From Obrimoposthia wandeli (taxonomy: Eukaryota), in contig CDROCS010003335.1 of the NCBI GenBank assembly GCA_977020255.1, forward strand, positions 186,001-250,000: a DNA stretch of 64,000 nucleotides, written 5' to 3'. The first letter of the stretch is position 1; every line of letters begins with the position of its first letter. Of the stretch, positions 1 through 12,200 are shown piece by piece. Both the position numbers and the translations under genes were made by a program. Under the pieces are notes generated by a model. That model ran no database searches, was not told where the DNA came from, and was given only the letters and a program-made list of their open reading frames with translations.

Positions 1-161
1 ATTCATTGTAATTCGAATTTGTACCTATAATTTGCATATATATGTACATTCCACTATCGTCAAGACATCTTGAATTCGCTGTGTTGATGCTGAATGTCAA
101 CTAACTTGCGTATCTCAACTTAAATTGTTTCATTCGACAATTGACGAACTTATGTCTTTAG

Positions 162-282
162 ATATTGACCGGGGAAGATTGGAACGTTGTAATGTACAAT
201 GGTATTCGCTCCAAAGGTGGCGTCAAGGGAAATGGAACAGTGTTTTCAATTTATTTTATACTGTTGGTCGTATTTGGTAACT
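162..282 (+). CDS. cac: Cav2 exon: domain II pore loop and IIS6 ([20 protein letters not shown]...LVVFGN-Y)
   Basis: AG at 160-161; 121 nt; ends phase 1 at GTATCCTT. Confidence 0.95.
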
Positions 283-3200
283 GTATCCTTTTCAATAATC
301 ACTGATTTCTAGAACGACCCTAACAGAAATGGAAATAAAATAGCCAGCCAAATTCTCAGTATGATAAAAATAAAAATATTTCAGATTGGAATAAAATGTT
401 TATTATTTCTTATCATTTAAGCGAAGTAAATCTATAGAATATCTACTTCCTATTTCTTCTTTATTTCACATATAATAAAAAAATAAACTTTGAATTATTA
501 AAATAATATTATTTGAATCAAAATTGTATTAATAACTTCATCAAATATTTCATACATTATACATTCTTCAATTATTAAGATGACATACAGAGGAGGTTAT
601 CAAAGTAATTTTTTAATATTTACAAAAATACTCTCAATTATAAATATTCGGAACAATTGTAGACAAATAAAGATAATCAGATATAAATAAATTAAATTAT
701 TATATTTTCATATATAATATTTGTGTTTAAATGTTACGTTACTAAGGGTTTCATAAATATATGTATTTATAACAATTTTAAAAAAAGAAGAAGCAATCTA
801 CTTAATTAAGTTACTTTGATGTTAAGTAAAATTGAGAATATGTAAAAACCGTCAAAAATGATGAGGATGAAATGATTATCATAAAATATTTACTATGCCA
901 TTAATTTAAATTTTAGAAATGAGGTAGAATAAAATATATTTTAAATGTATAATATGGTGAGAAAAGATTTTGCTAACCAAGTTGTTTAGGATAGATATTA
1001 TAAAACTCTTTGACTTTAACCTTCGATAATCTCCCTTGTCAGTTTCGTTTAGCAAATAATTTATTTCATTTATCATTTTGTACAGCTGATTTCCGTTTGT
1101 AAACTTTGTAAAAATTGGCAAAACAAGTTAACCGGGAAAGTAAATCAACCTAAAATATTAACAAATGAAGTTCAATTATACAAATTATTAATATATATTT
1201 TAACACAACCGAATAACTAATTTGTAGCAAATTGATTTAAATTAATTTTAACAAAAGTCGTAACAATAACGTTTATCTAAATATCAAAGTTTTGAATAAT
1301 TAAATTTAGAAGCTTTAAATACCTTACATCAGTTTTTTAATAAAAGTTTGGTTAAAAGAAATGCTTTTTATTTTCGAATACTAAAATTTTACACAAGAAA
1401 ATTTTGGATTCCTGACATTCTTGCTAGTTTCTGTTGTTGTTATTTCACTTTCTCACCATACATTTTATAAGGATATTAGAGAAATAATAATAGGACAATT
1501 TATGTATAGTTACTTTGTAAATAGATTTAGCCTAAATGTCCCTTTACCTAAATTTGAGATTTTTTTCTTTATATTAGTTATCAAAATAATTTTTGGTAAA
1601 ATTATTCTAGTTTTAATTTTATGTTTTATTTTGAAAATCTCAAATTTCTCCTCATCACAGTTCTAATTACCTGTAAAATCCATGACTAAAATTTTGGCTC
1701 AAAAAGACCTCTGGAAGTTAGTTTGAGTTGAATTTTAATTATCTTTAATATTGCTTATTTTGTGCCCTAAAATTGAAATCTCAATCAATACTGGTGCTAA
1801 TTTTTATGGAGTGAGCAAATATTTATCACAATTCGTATTTGTAATTTGTGGACAGCGTGAATCGATATAGCTTGTGTTTTGTAGGCCGTCTTCGTATCAT
1901 GTCTCGCTTGTTTGCATCAGTTTACAATTCAATCTATCTCTTTATATTTATCTATGTATGTATATTACTTTTAGATACAAACTTCAGGCACTAATTTATT
2001 TTGTTTAAATAATCATGTAAAATTCTAAAAATGTACTTTTTGAGTGCCTGACAAAATAAAGTGTATAGCTTTATCTATTTTGAAAAAAATTCATATAAAA
2101 CCATTAGAAATTTCAATCTCGATTTTAGTCAGTTTTCTATTTTAACTTGATATTTGTTTATGGTATAAACAAAATAAAAATAATTATGTATAAGAATATA
2201 TATTCAGTTTTTCTGTCAAAGTAAGCGTTGTATACCGGGGTTAGAGTAACATTTTCACAAAACCATGATGTTTACAATTTAGACTATACCCATGTTTTTA
2301 TAATATTTTTGGTGATTCAGATTATAACGATCAAGGTAAAGAGGAGTACAAAGAATACTAATCTCGTTTGAATAATGAAGCGTTATTACACATTAGGATA
2401 TTTGGTTTTCCCCTTATTTTCCTGTTTATTGAAAAGTGATAAAGAATCCTTAGCCATTTATGAAAAAGCATGTGTATTCTAAAAATTAAGATAGCAATAC
2501 CATATAATAAAATAACTTTTTACAGTCATCATTATCAAATTACTTTAGATTTACTTCATTAGATTAAAAAAAATTAACATGTAAAAAAAGAAGAATTTAT
2601 GATGAAAAAATATTTATAAATGCAGCTTAATTCAAAAAATCTGTTCATATATCGAATATTTGCAAAAGCTTATAAATGTAGATACTATTTTTTTGTAATT
2701 TTATGCAATTTTAGTACTAATTTGTTTTAATAATAACTACTTATAAAATTACTGCTTTATAAATCTATCATTAACTAAGGTATGAGAAATCGCCGAATGG
2801 TCGAGACATTGTGTATTGGTCGTCATTATTCAGTTGTCATCAGTACAAAACAGTGTATTATATATTGGTCAGAATACAAATATTTCCAGTCTCGTTTGCT
2901 TTAGTGGGATTTCTGTCCTAAGTCTGCATTGATTTTTTACTGTCTCAAAATACAGCATGTCGTTTAATCCAAGATTTTCAAGAGCACATTTTAACCGAAT
3001 GAGGTAGTGTCGCTTTTCATCTGCTGTTGGAGACTCATCATGTTGACGTCAACTCTCATACAGGCTGAGTCATGTGAATCATATACATACACGCATATAC
3101 ACATAATTTTTCTGAATTATAAGTTCAGATATTTATATCAGACGATTCAATTATCAAGACAAAAACCAAAAGTTATTAATTTATCAGAATGATGGCCTCA

Positions 3201-6200
3201 GTTTCCGAAAAATGGGACTAAAACTCTTAAGAACACTATTAAATGTGCTAGGTTCAGAAGAAAGGGAGTCGCCGAAACATAGAGGCGACCAGTATTGCAT
3301 ATCAGATATATTACAGTTCAAAGAATGATAAAGAAAAACTTATTGTGCAAAATCGTCACAAAAACATACATAATCTAGAATTAATTTTTAAATCATTGAA
3401 AGTTGGTCAAAACCAAGCGGATAAAGCAATGTTTAGCAATAATATTTTAATTATGACGGTCCTATTTAACTGTAGTAATTTTTTAATTCAATTTATTGCA
3501 TCTTCCTATTTTAATATTACTTGGTTATTATTATAACATAACATATATAAGAATTAATTTTCAAAGATACTCTATAAATCATGTTTGAGTAGTTGACTGG
3601 TATTTTCTAATCATGAACATCTTGTGTATCATGTAGAAGCTCATAAACAAGCAAACAAGTGAAAATTAACTCATCGACTATTATTACAATGTCACGAGTC
3701 TTCAACTAATTGCTCCTTCGAACGAAGTTATAATTGTTGCTGATCATTTTAAATGCGAATTTCACATTTGTAGTTTAATACTTTGTGGTTTAAGACAACG
3801 TATTTAATTTGTTAATTTAATGCTTTTAATGAGATTGGAATTTAAAATGATTATTTAAAATTGCAGAAATTACTTGAATTACTCAAATTAAAATACTCCA
3901 ATGTCATTAAAGAGGTACATTAAGGTACATGAACAAGTCATTTCTTAATTAATTGATCTTTACTATATGAAATTATATTTTGAATTTATTTAAAGCAGGT
4001 CTCAAGTTTTCGCTGTTAACTATTTGATATGAAATCAATGACATTAAAATTCATTTTTGAAAGTTGACTTAAATTTAAAATTGTTAATCTAAAATCTTTG
4101 TATAATTTAAATAAAATTTTAAATGGAATTAAAAAAATATATACAAATAAACAAAAGTTAAATCAAACATAATTTAAAATGAAATATTTGAAATTATTGA
4201 AAATCTTATGCGTATATTACAACACTTCATTATTTTTTATTAAAGTTGGAATAAATTTCTATATTATATTATATCTAAAATTGTAATCCATCTAAATATT
4301 AAAATGCATGTTTTTGAACTAAATAACAAGCAAACGCCTACAAAAGAAATTATGAAAAGATTAAATTGTTTTAATTAATTGTTGGGGTTTCTATACGAGA
4401 CTTGTATAGATCCTCTTGTGTGCGGAGGGCCCCAACGTGAGTTCGAATAGAAGCAGGTCTTAAAGTTGGTCGTGGCCTACTTAGTGTTATGGTTGCCTAT
4501 CTCTTTTACTTATCTGAAGGTGTTTGGTTTGACGTCTCTTAATCTGAAGGGTTCAAAAACAACGTGTTCTAATGTAGGAAATTGTTTATTGGTAATTCAC
4601 GAAACTAAAACACAACAATACGTTTATGTACGTATTTTCTAAAAAGTATAGTAAAAATTCCTAAGACTTCTGTAAGTCTCTACAACAAGTGGGGATGAGC
4701 CACGTATCGATTTTAGTTTTAGGTTTGCTTGGCGTTAGAGTTTTTACTCTAAAAAGAATGCAGACAATTTTAGTTTATAGAATTTTACAGAGCTGTTGCT
4801 CTAAATTACTTTAATATGAAAAACTCTATCAAATATGATCAAACTAATTCTTTTAATATGAAAAACTCTATCAATTCTTTAATATGGAAAACTTGATCAA
4901 ACTAATTCTTTTAATATGAAAAACTTTATCAATTCTTTAATATAGAAAACTTGATCAAACTAAGTCTTTTAATATGAAAAACTTTATCAATTCTTTAATA
5001 TAGAAAACTTGATCAAACTAAGTCTTTTAATATGAAAAACTTTATCAATTCTTTAATATAGAAAACTTGATCAAACTAAGTCTTTTAATATGAAAAACTT
5101 TATCAATTCTTTAATATGGAAAACTTGATCAAACTAATTCTTTTAATATGAAAAACTCTATCAATTCTTTAATATGGAAAACTTGATCAAACTAATTCTT
5201 TTAATATGAAAAACTTTATCAATTCTTTAATATGGAAAACTTGATCAAACTAATTCTTTTAATATGAAAAACTTTATCAATTCTTTAATATGGAAAACTT
5301 GATCAAACTAAGTCTTTTAATATGAAAAACTTTATCAATTCTTTAATATAGAAAACTTGATCAAACTAAGTCTTTTAATATGAAAAACTTTATCAATTCT
5401 TTAATATAGAAAACTTGATCAAACTAAGTCTTTTAATATGAAAAACTTTATCAATTCTTTAATATGGAAAACTTGATCAACTAATTCTTTTAATATGAAA
5501 AGCTTTATCAATTCTTTAATATGGAAAACTTGATCAAACTAATTCTTTTAATATGAAAAACTCTATCAATTCTTTAATATGGAAAACTTGATCAAACTAA
5601 TTCTTTTAATATGAAAAACTTTATCAATTCTTTAATATGGAAAACTTGATCAAACTAATTCTTTTAATATGAAAAACTTTATCAATTCTTTAATATAGAA
5701 AACTTGATCAAACTAAGTCTTTTAATATGAAAAACTTTATCAATTCTTTAATATAGAAAACTTGATCAAACTAATTCTTTTAATATGAAAACTCTATCAA
5801 TTCTTTAATATAGAAAACTTGATCAAACTAATTCTTTTAATATGAAAAACTCTATCAATTCTTTAATATGGAAAACTTGATCAAACTAATTCTTTTAATA
5901 TGAAAAACTTTATCAATTCTTTAATATGGAAAACTTGATCAAACTAATTCTTTTAATATGAAAAACTTTATCAATTCTTTAATATGGAAAACTTGATCAA
6001 ACTAAGTCTTTTAATATGAAAACTTTATCAATTCTTTAATATAGAAAACTTGATCAAACTAAGTCTTTTAATATGAAAAACTTTATCAATTCTTTAATAT
6101 AGAAAACTTGATCAAACTAAGTCTTTTAATATGAAAAACTTTATCGATTCTTTAATATAGAAAACTTGATCAAACTAATTCTTTTAATATGAAAAACTTT

Positions 6201-9200
6201 ATCAATTCTTTAATATAGAAAACTTGATCAAACTAATTCTTTTAATATGAAAACTCTATCAATTCTTTAATATGAAAAACTTGATCAAACTAATTCTTTT
6301 AATATGAAAAACTTTATCGATTCTTTAATATAGAAAACTTGATCAAACTAATTCTTTTAATATGAAAAACTCCAATTATTCTTCTAGCTCACTTACAATT
6401 CTACAACTAAATTCCAAGTTGCTCCGATGAAATCGCTGCGCTGCTCCTAATTGTCGCTCCGCGCAAGATCCAGTACTCGCTTTCAGTTCCGAGTAAATCG
6501 CTGTGCTACTCTGAGTTGTGGACCTGCGACTCGGCTTAGTTGAAGGGCTACGCTGCTTGTCTGATTTGAATCGTATCAGTTCTGAAATTTGCAATGCCAA
6601 TTCTGAAATGATTGAATTAATGTTGCTCAAAATTAGGAGCGCTCACCCAAGTTTTTCGCTGACTGTGTGTATCCGGTCGCGACAATGACTTTCTTCCTGG
6701 TTTTCTGTGTGGTAGGTGTGTCAATGACTTATATAGTCAATTTTCCCGCTGATTGCCTGTCAATCAGTCCAATTTCTGACTGCTGGATTCTTTGGTCAGC
6801 TTGTCACCTGGCCTCTTGAAGTCGGTGGCAATTAAAATGTAATGATTAAAAATATGCTTACTGTCAATCTTCTTCTTAATTAATTTTCCTTTTTCTTCGA
6901 TTAATCTATTTTCCTTGCTTACTTAATTTTTGCTTAGTTTTCTTAATTAATTTCTTTTTTTTTGCACTTTAATATTTTTCCAATCAACCTATATATATCA
7001 CACATCACACACGACCTTCGTGGTCCTCCTAATATTTATTCTTATCTTAATTTCAATAATTTTAATTTTGAATTTTAAAATTAATATTTTATTTAATTTT
7101 CAACCTTGCTTTCAAGGATTTTTATTTTAGTATAAATTCAACTAATTATTTTAATTTTCTAATTCCTAAACCTAACATAATTACACTTCTTTATATTACA
7201 CATATTTTGTAAAAATAGTTAAATTGACAAAGGGATTATTTTTGAAATGACAAATGTAGCTAAATAGCAGCCATAGGATGACTTTAAATAATAAATTAAT
7301 ATTTTTGTAAATCAAATTAGACATTTTACTTCCCAGTGAATCCGCTCGATTATTTTTTGGCTCAGAGTCAGATTAGATTTATAAACAATTCCTGATAGCT
7401 AATATAACATTATGTTAAAAACTGAAAATTCTTTTGACATTTACTTCATTTGGTAATACAACTTAAATTTAATTCATTATTAAAAAATCATGTCGAATTT
7501 TGCTTAATTTGATCTTTGAAAGTCTTTAAATATTTGTTTTTTAGAGTTATTACCCTTTTTTAATATAATTGAAGTAAGTAAATCGGATCGAATATGAAAG
7601 ATCAACAAAGTCGAGTAAAGTCTCACACCTCATATAGAAAATCAGAAAAACATACCGATACACACAAAGAATTTTCAACTGCCACGACTTGTTAATGGTG
7701 ACAAGGCGGTTCCAACTCAACGTCCTCGTTTTTGATATGATTTATATGTAGGTTTATATTATCTAGCTACCTACCTTTACACCCAGACTAGTATGTTGAC
7801 ATTGAGGTGATTTGCTTTAAGAGTGAGCCATTTTCTTTCAGTCCAATGGAAGTTTGTAGGTTTTATAGCCGTAGCTGAATTGATTTATTCTGTTGATATA
7901 TCTTAGTGTGTGAAATCTGCTCAATTGCTTAAATGTCAGTCGGGAATGAATTAATATACTCCGTAATTATTTTTGTTAATATGTAATAGTACACAATGCC
8001 TGTTCATTAATCAGTAGATACTGAAGATATAAGATGACTTTCAGTTGGTAGTCAGTCGTACTGAATTATCAGTCAGCACTGATAAATTGGTTTCTTGTCT
8101 GTATCGTTCATTACTTGTCGAAAATGTCATTACATTCCTATCCATTTTGTACGAATCTTAACTTAACATGAGAGGTGTATTTATATTTGCATATCAGAAA
8201 TTTATTATTGTTTTTTGTTAAAGAGAGGTATGAGAGAAAGAAGAATACATACAGTAAACCGATAATATGCGTTGAATAAAATCAAAAGTGAGCATAAGGT
8301 AACTACAGCAGTGGCAGGCCGTAGGCATATATATATATATATATATGTGTGTTCTGGACTGTTGCTATTGATGATGCTGTTGCCGGGTCCATCTGAGATT
8401 ATTGCAGCATTCGTGTGGATCGAATGCTGAGGGGAGTTGAGCTACAAGTTGTAATACATGACATTAAAAAATATTCGTTCATCTAAAAATCAGGTCTGAC
8501 GAGGACTTGAGCCCATCTTGAGGAAAAACTTTCGATTTCTGTATTTATAATTGAAATAAATTTAATTGATATTATTTTAACTCTAAAACTAAAAAAAATC
8601 TTTAATTTAACTGACGGTTACTTTGTCTATAAAAATTGTAAACTGTTTCAAATTACTCACAATGTTTATATAACCCACTAGTTTTGACATCTTTCTCCAA
8701 ACACTACAAGGAACTCGGTATTCTATTTTAAAATTTTCTTCATGAAAAATGTAAAATCGACTTTTACTAATACCGAAAATGTTATATTTTTAGTCATTTT
8801 CCTACAATCTTAGACAAAAATAAGGCTAATATACAAAAACTTTCGAAACTAAAATGCAATTTATTATCAGATTGCTGTAAACATTTTCTCAAAATATCAC
8901 AAAGTAATGTCAAATATCCTATCAAATTTAATAAACTTTTGGATAACAAAATTTATGATAGGTCAAATTATGTCACTCCGTTATTGAAAGGGAATATCTG
9001 TTTAGGTTTATTGTCTTATTAACGGTAATAAATTTTATTGGAATTCTCTGTTCTATAGCTAAATGAAGAGCAAATGTAAATTTAATAAATATAAAGAATG
9101 TAGCACTTTCTGTTATTTGGGCATACTACAGAAGAGTTGAGCTAAATCTCTTTATGAAAGTAAGCGAATAATTAGAAATACTGTGGCTTTCATCATTGAA

Positions 9201-12200
9201 GTCGCAAAATTTAATACGAATGCCTAGTGGGCTATTATTAGTAAGTAGAACAGGCGAGCTGGGATGAACCAAACAATCAGTTAAGGGGCCAAACCATTTA
9301 GCTCAGTTGCTATTTTTGTAAAATAGTAGAAAACGAATTTCAAACTGATAAAAAGAAAAAACGTACTTCGTATTGTTTTGAAAAGACACGAAGGGTTCTG
9401 AGAATATAATTTTAATTAGTGGTTAGATTATAAAAGAATGTACTTTTACGGATGAGTATATGATTCCAATTGCTATATTGGAGATCATTTAAAAGCCAAA
9501 TTTCAAAATGTGTGTTATATTTCATGAGAAAAAACTAATATTTTTTTATGATTTGGATTGAAATCAAAATAATCTATTTTATTATCTCGTAATTTATCAT
9601 GCTTTATTACTTGTATATCTTTTCTATCAATATTGATTTTCATTGCATTTAAACAAAATTAATTGGACATTACCAATACCGTGCTATGAATATAAAGTTA
9701 TTTAGATTTGGATATAATAGAAAGACTCAAAATCTTTAAAATAAAAAGTCTAATTTGTGGCAATTTAGAAAAAAAAAGATTTATCTGATCTGGCCTTTAA
9801 AGCACAAATTAATCGACAATTATCCTAAATTATCGAATTTTATATCTAGCAGCAAAACTTTAGTAAAACGAATATTAACGGACCGACAAAATGAAATATC
9901 CATAAATTGTTAGATTATACTTCCTTAATGAATTAATGTGTGTAGGTTGCAGTAAGAGAAAATAATGGTAGGTGCAAATCAATCGTCCAAAATGCATTGA
10001 TTGATTAAAGACTAATTGGACTGTCTAATTTCTGGTTGCTTCCAACGTTTCCCTCAGGATGGCTGGCATTCGTTCATTCCACTTCGTCAGTTCTTCTTGA
10101 CAAAAATGGCCCAATAAGCATTCGTATTAAATCATGCAACACCAAAATAAACAAATGTCTGTAATTGATAAAATAGCGCCTATTTTAAACACTTATCTTG
10201 ATAGTATCTGTTTACCCTTAAAATAAAAAGATCACAATCAAACAAATTTTCTTTAAAATTGGAATATTCTTTTAATAAATATTAATAAAATTTTATGCTT
10301 TTTCACTTGACTAATATTCGTTTTAATTTATAGTTTTTCATAATATGAGTTCAACACACACAAAATCATGATTTTGTCGATATCAGCTTCCCTTTTTGAT
10401 GAAAAATTTCTATCTAAAATTTGAGAGCTTCGTGATCAAATTTGTGGAGAGCCATATTGAACAAATACACATTTTTTGTGAAAATTTTATGAAAGAATTC
10501 ATATGGAGATTTATGTGGATCACAATTGTTTCCTTAACTCGAGTGAATCAGATACCCTATTGAATGTCTTTCTGGCTATCGCTGTGGACAATCTGGCGAA
10601 TGCCCAAGAACTCACTGCTGCCGAAGAAGAGAAGGCCAATCAGGAGCGTCTGGCTGCAGAGAGTGCTTTAGCAGCAGAGAATTCGGTTAGTACAGCTGTT
10701 GTAATGTTTTGTTTATGTACATATAACATTTTAACAAAGCTGTTAGAATTACATTAAAATTAAATAAAAGTTCCAGTACCAGCGAATATTTCATGGATAT
10801 CCCTTTGCCACTAATCAATGCCAGGATTTAATTCATACTCCTACTTATTACAAAAATATATTCTCACAAAGCCTAAATATTTTTATGATCTTGTCGAGCC
10901 TTGTGCAGTGAGCATGTATATGCAGCTTATGAGGACGCATATTGGTTAAATAAATTCTCATATAACAATTATTATGATGGGATATTTTACATTTATGATC
11001 CAAATATTTACAACAATTTAATAATGAATAAAAACAGTATCAATTTTGAAAGTTTTGAGAGGAGTTACAAAATACAAAAAATATAACAAACCGTTGGAAA
11101 AATTTTATTTCAGTTTATTTGAGTTTACAAGCCGAAAGTGAAATTATTTTAACAAGCTTTTACAAATAAAAAGTATTTAAATCAAAAATACACCATTTGA
11201 AAGAATGTGAAGAAAGGTAAACTATATATGTTTCCTAGAACTGGAATTTGAAGCAACATAATTAAGAAACGACAGTATATTAAAAGTACAATCTCAAGAT
11301 AAAGATTTGCATGATATTTGTATATCAATTAAAGTTCAGTATCCTACTATTTCGGTTACAGCTTTAAAAATTTGAAGTTAGTTTACACTACTTATATCTA
11401 TGAATCAGGACTTTTAGCCTTGGTAAATGTAAAGAGCAGAATGAGGGAGTCGCCACAGAGATTTGAGGAAGAAATGCGACTAAGCTTATCTGAGATTGGA
11501 CCTAGGATTTGTATCAAGAACTAGTTTTCAATAAGTTTATATTTAATATTATTTTATGAACTTGCTTTTCTTTACCTTTTTACTTTCTTTAAAAAACGAA
11601 AACCGTATTTCATATCTAAATAATATTTTATAATTTGAGGGCTGTAAGGGATGTTAAATTGTGAGATTACTGCACAAAATTTTCACCATTGCATTATACA
11701 CTGTTTCAGAGAAATCCTGACAACTTCATTGGTCGACTACCTCTATCGGCCGATCCCCCGATGGTTCAAGTTTGTCCTCCTTCTCCCCAAACCGCTAATA
11801 GCCTCGTTTCAAAGAATTTCTGCTTGTAAGTAAACCATTTTGTCTTGAATTTCCTATTTGTACCTTTTGTGCATTTTCAAATTGTTCTCATGAGCAACAC
11901 ATATTTCTATTTTTAGAAAATATTCTCTGAAATAAAATACTTGTGTAAAATTTGAGTCTTTAAATTAAAACCGGGAATAATAATTACACGCAGCCTAAAT
12001 ATTCATTATAGTTTGATCATATGGATTCGTTTATATATTTAAATAAAGTCATGGGAAGAAGGTTTCTAAACTTAATAAATTTTAATAATTTTAAACTCCT
12101 GTTCCATATTCGGATAACAAAATTGTGCATTTAAGTCTAAATGATACAGCCTTTATCCCATGCTAACATATTTCGTCTTTTCTTGTCCATGTAATATGTT

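Larger units (their letters stand above)
283..10551 (+). other. U12-type (minor spliceosome) GT-AG intron, 10269 nt
   Basis: 5' splice site GTATCCTTTT (U12 consensus RTATCCTT). Branch site TTCCTTAAC at 10530-10538, 13 nt before the intron end, with no polypyrimidine tract. Splicing restores GGT AAC T|AT ACC = G-N-Y-T. Confidence 0.93.

Noticed and set aside
906-3536. Short AT-rich ORFs in the provided track (e.g. 906-1121, 1421-1666, 3007-3192, 3345-3536)
   Set aside because: Low-complexity I/L/F/K/N-rich translations typical of random AT-rich intron sequence.
3993-4010. 18-nt exact match AAGCAGGTCTCAAGTTTT with 42968-42985
   Set aside because: Probably a repeat terminus, but too short to define an element.
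4810-6372. CRISPR-like interpretation of the tandem arrays
   Set aside because: No unique spacers, a eukaryotic intron context and no cas genes.
8505-8530. Possible additional inverted 28S-derived copy (GCCCATCTTGAGGAAAAACTTTCG)
   Set aside because: Too short and gapped to distinguish from chance.
9145-9293. Functional rRNA gene
   Set aside because: The fragments are short, deleted and heavily mutated; called pseudogenic repeats instead.
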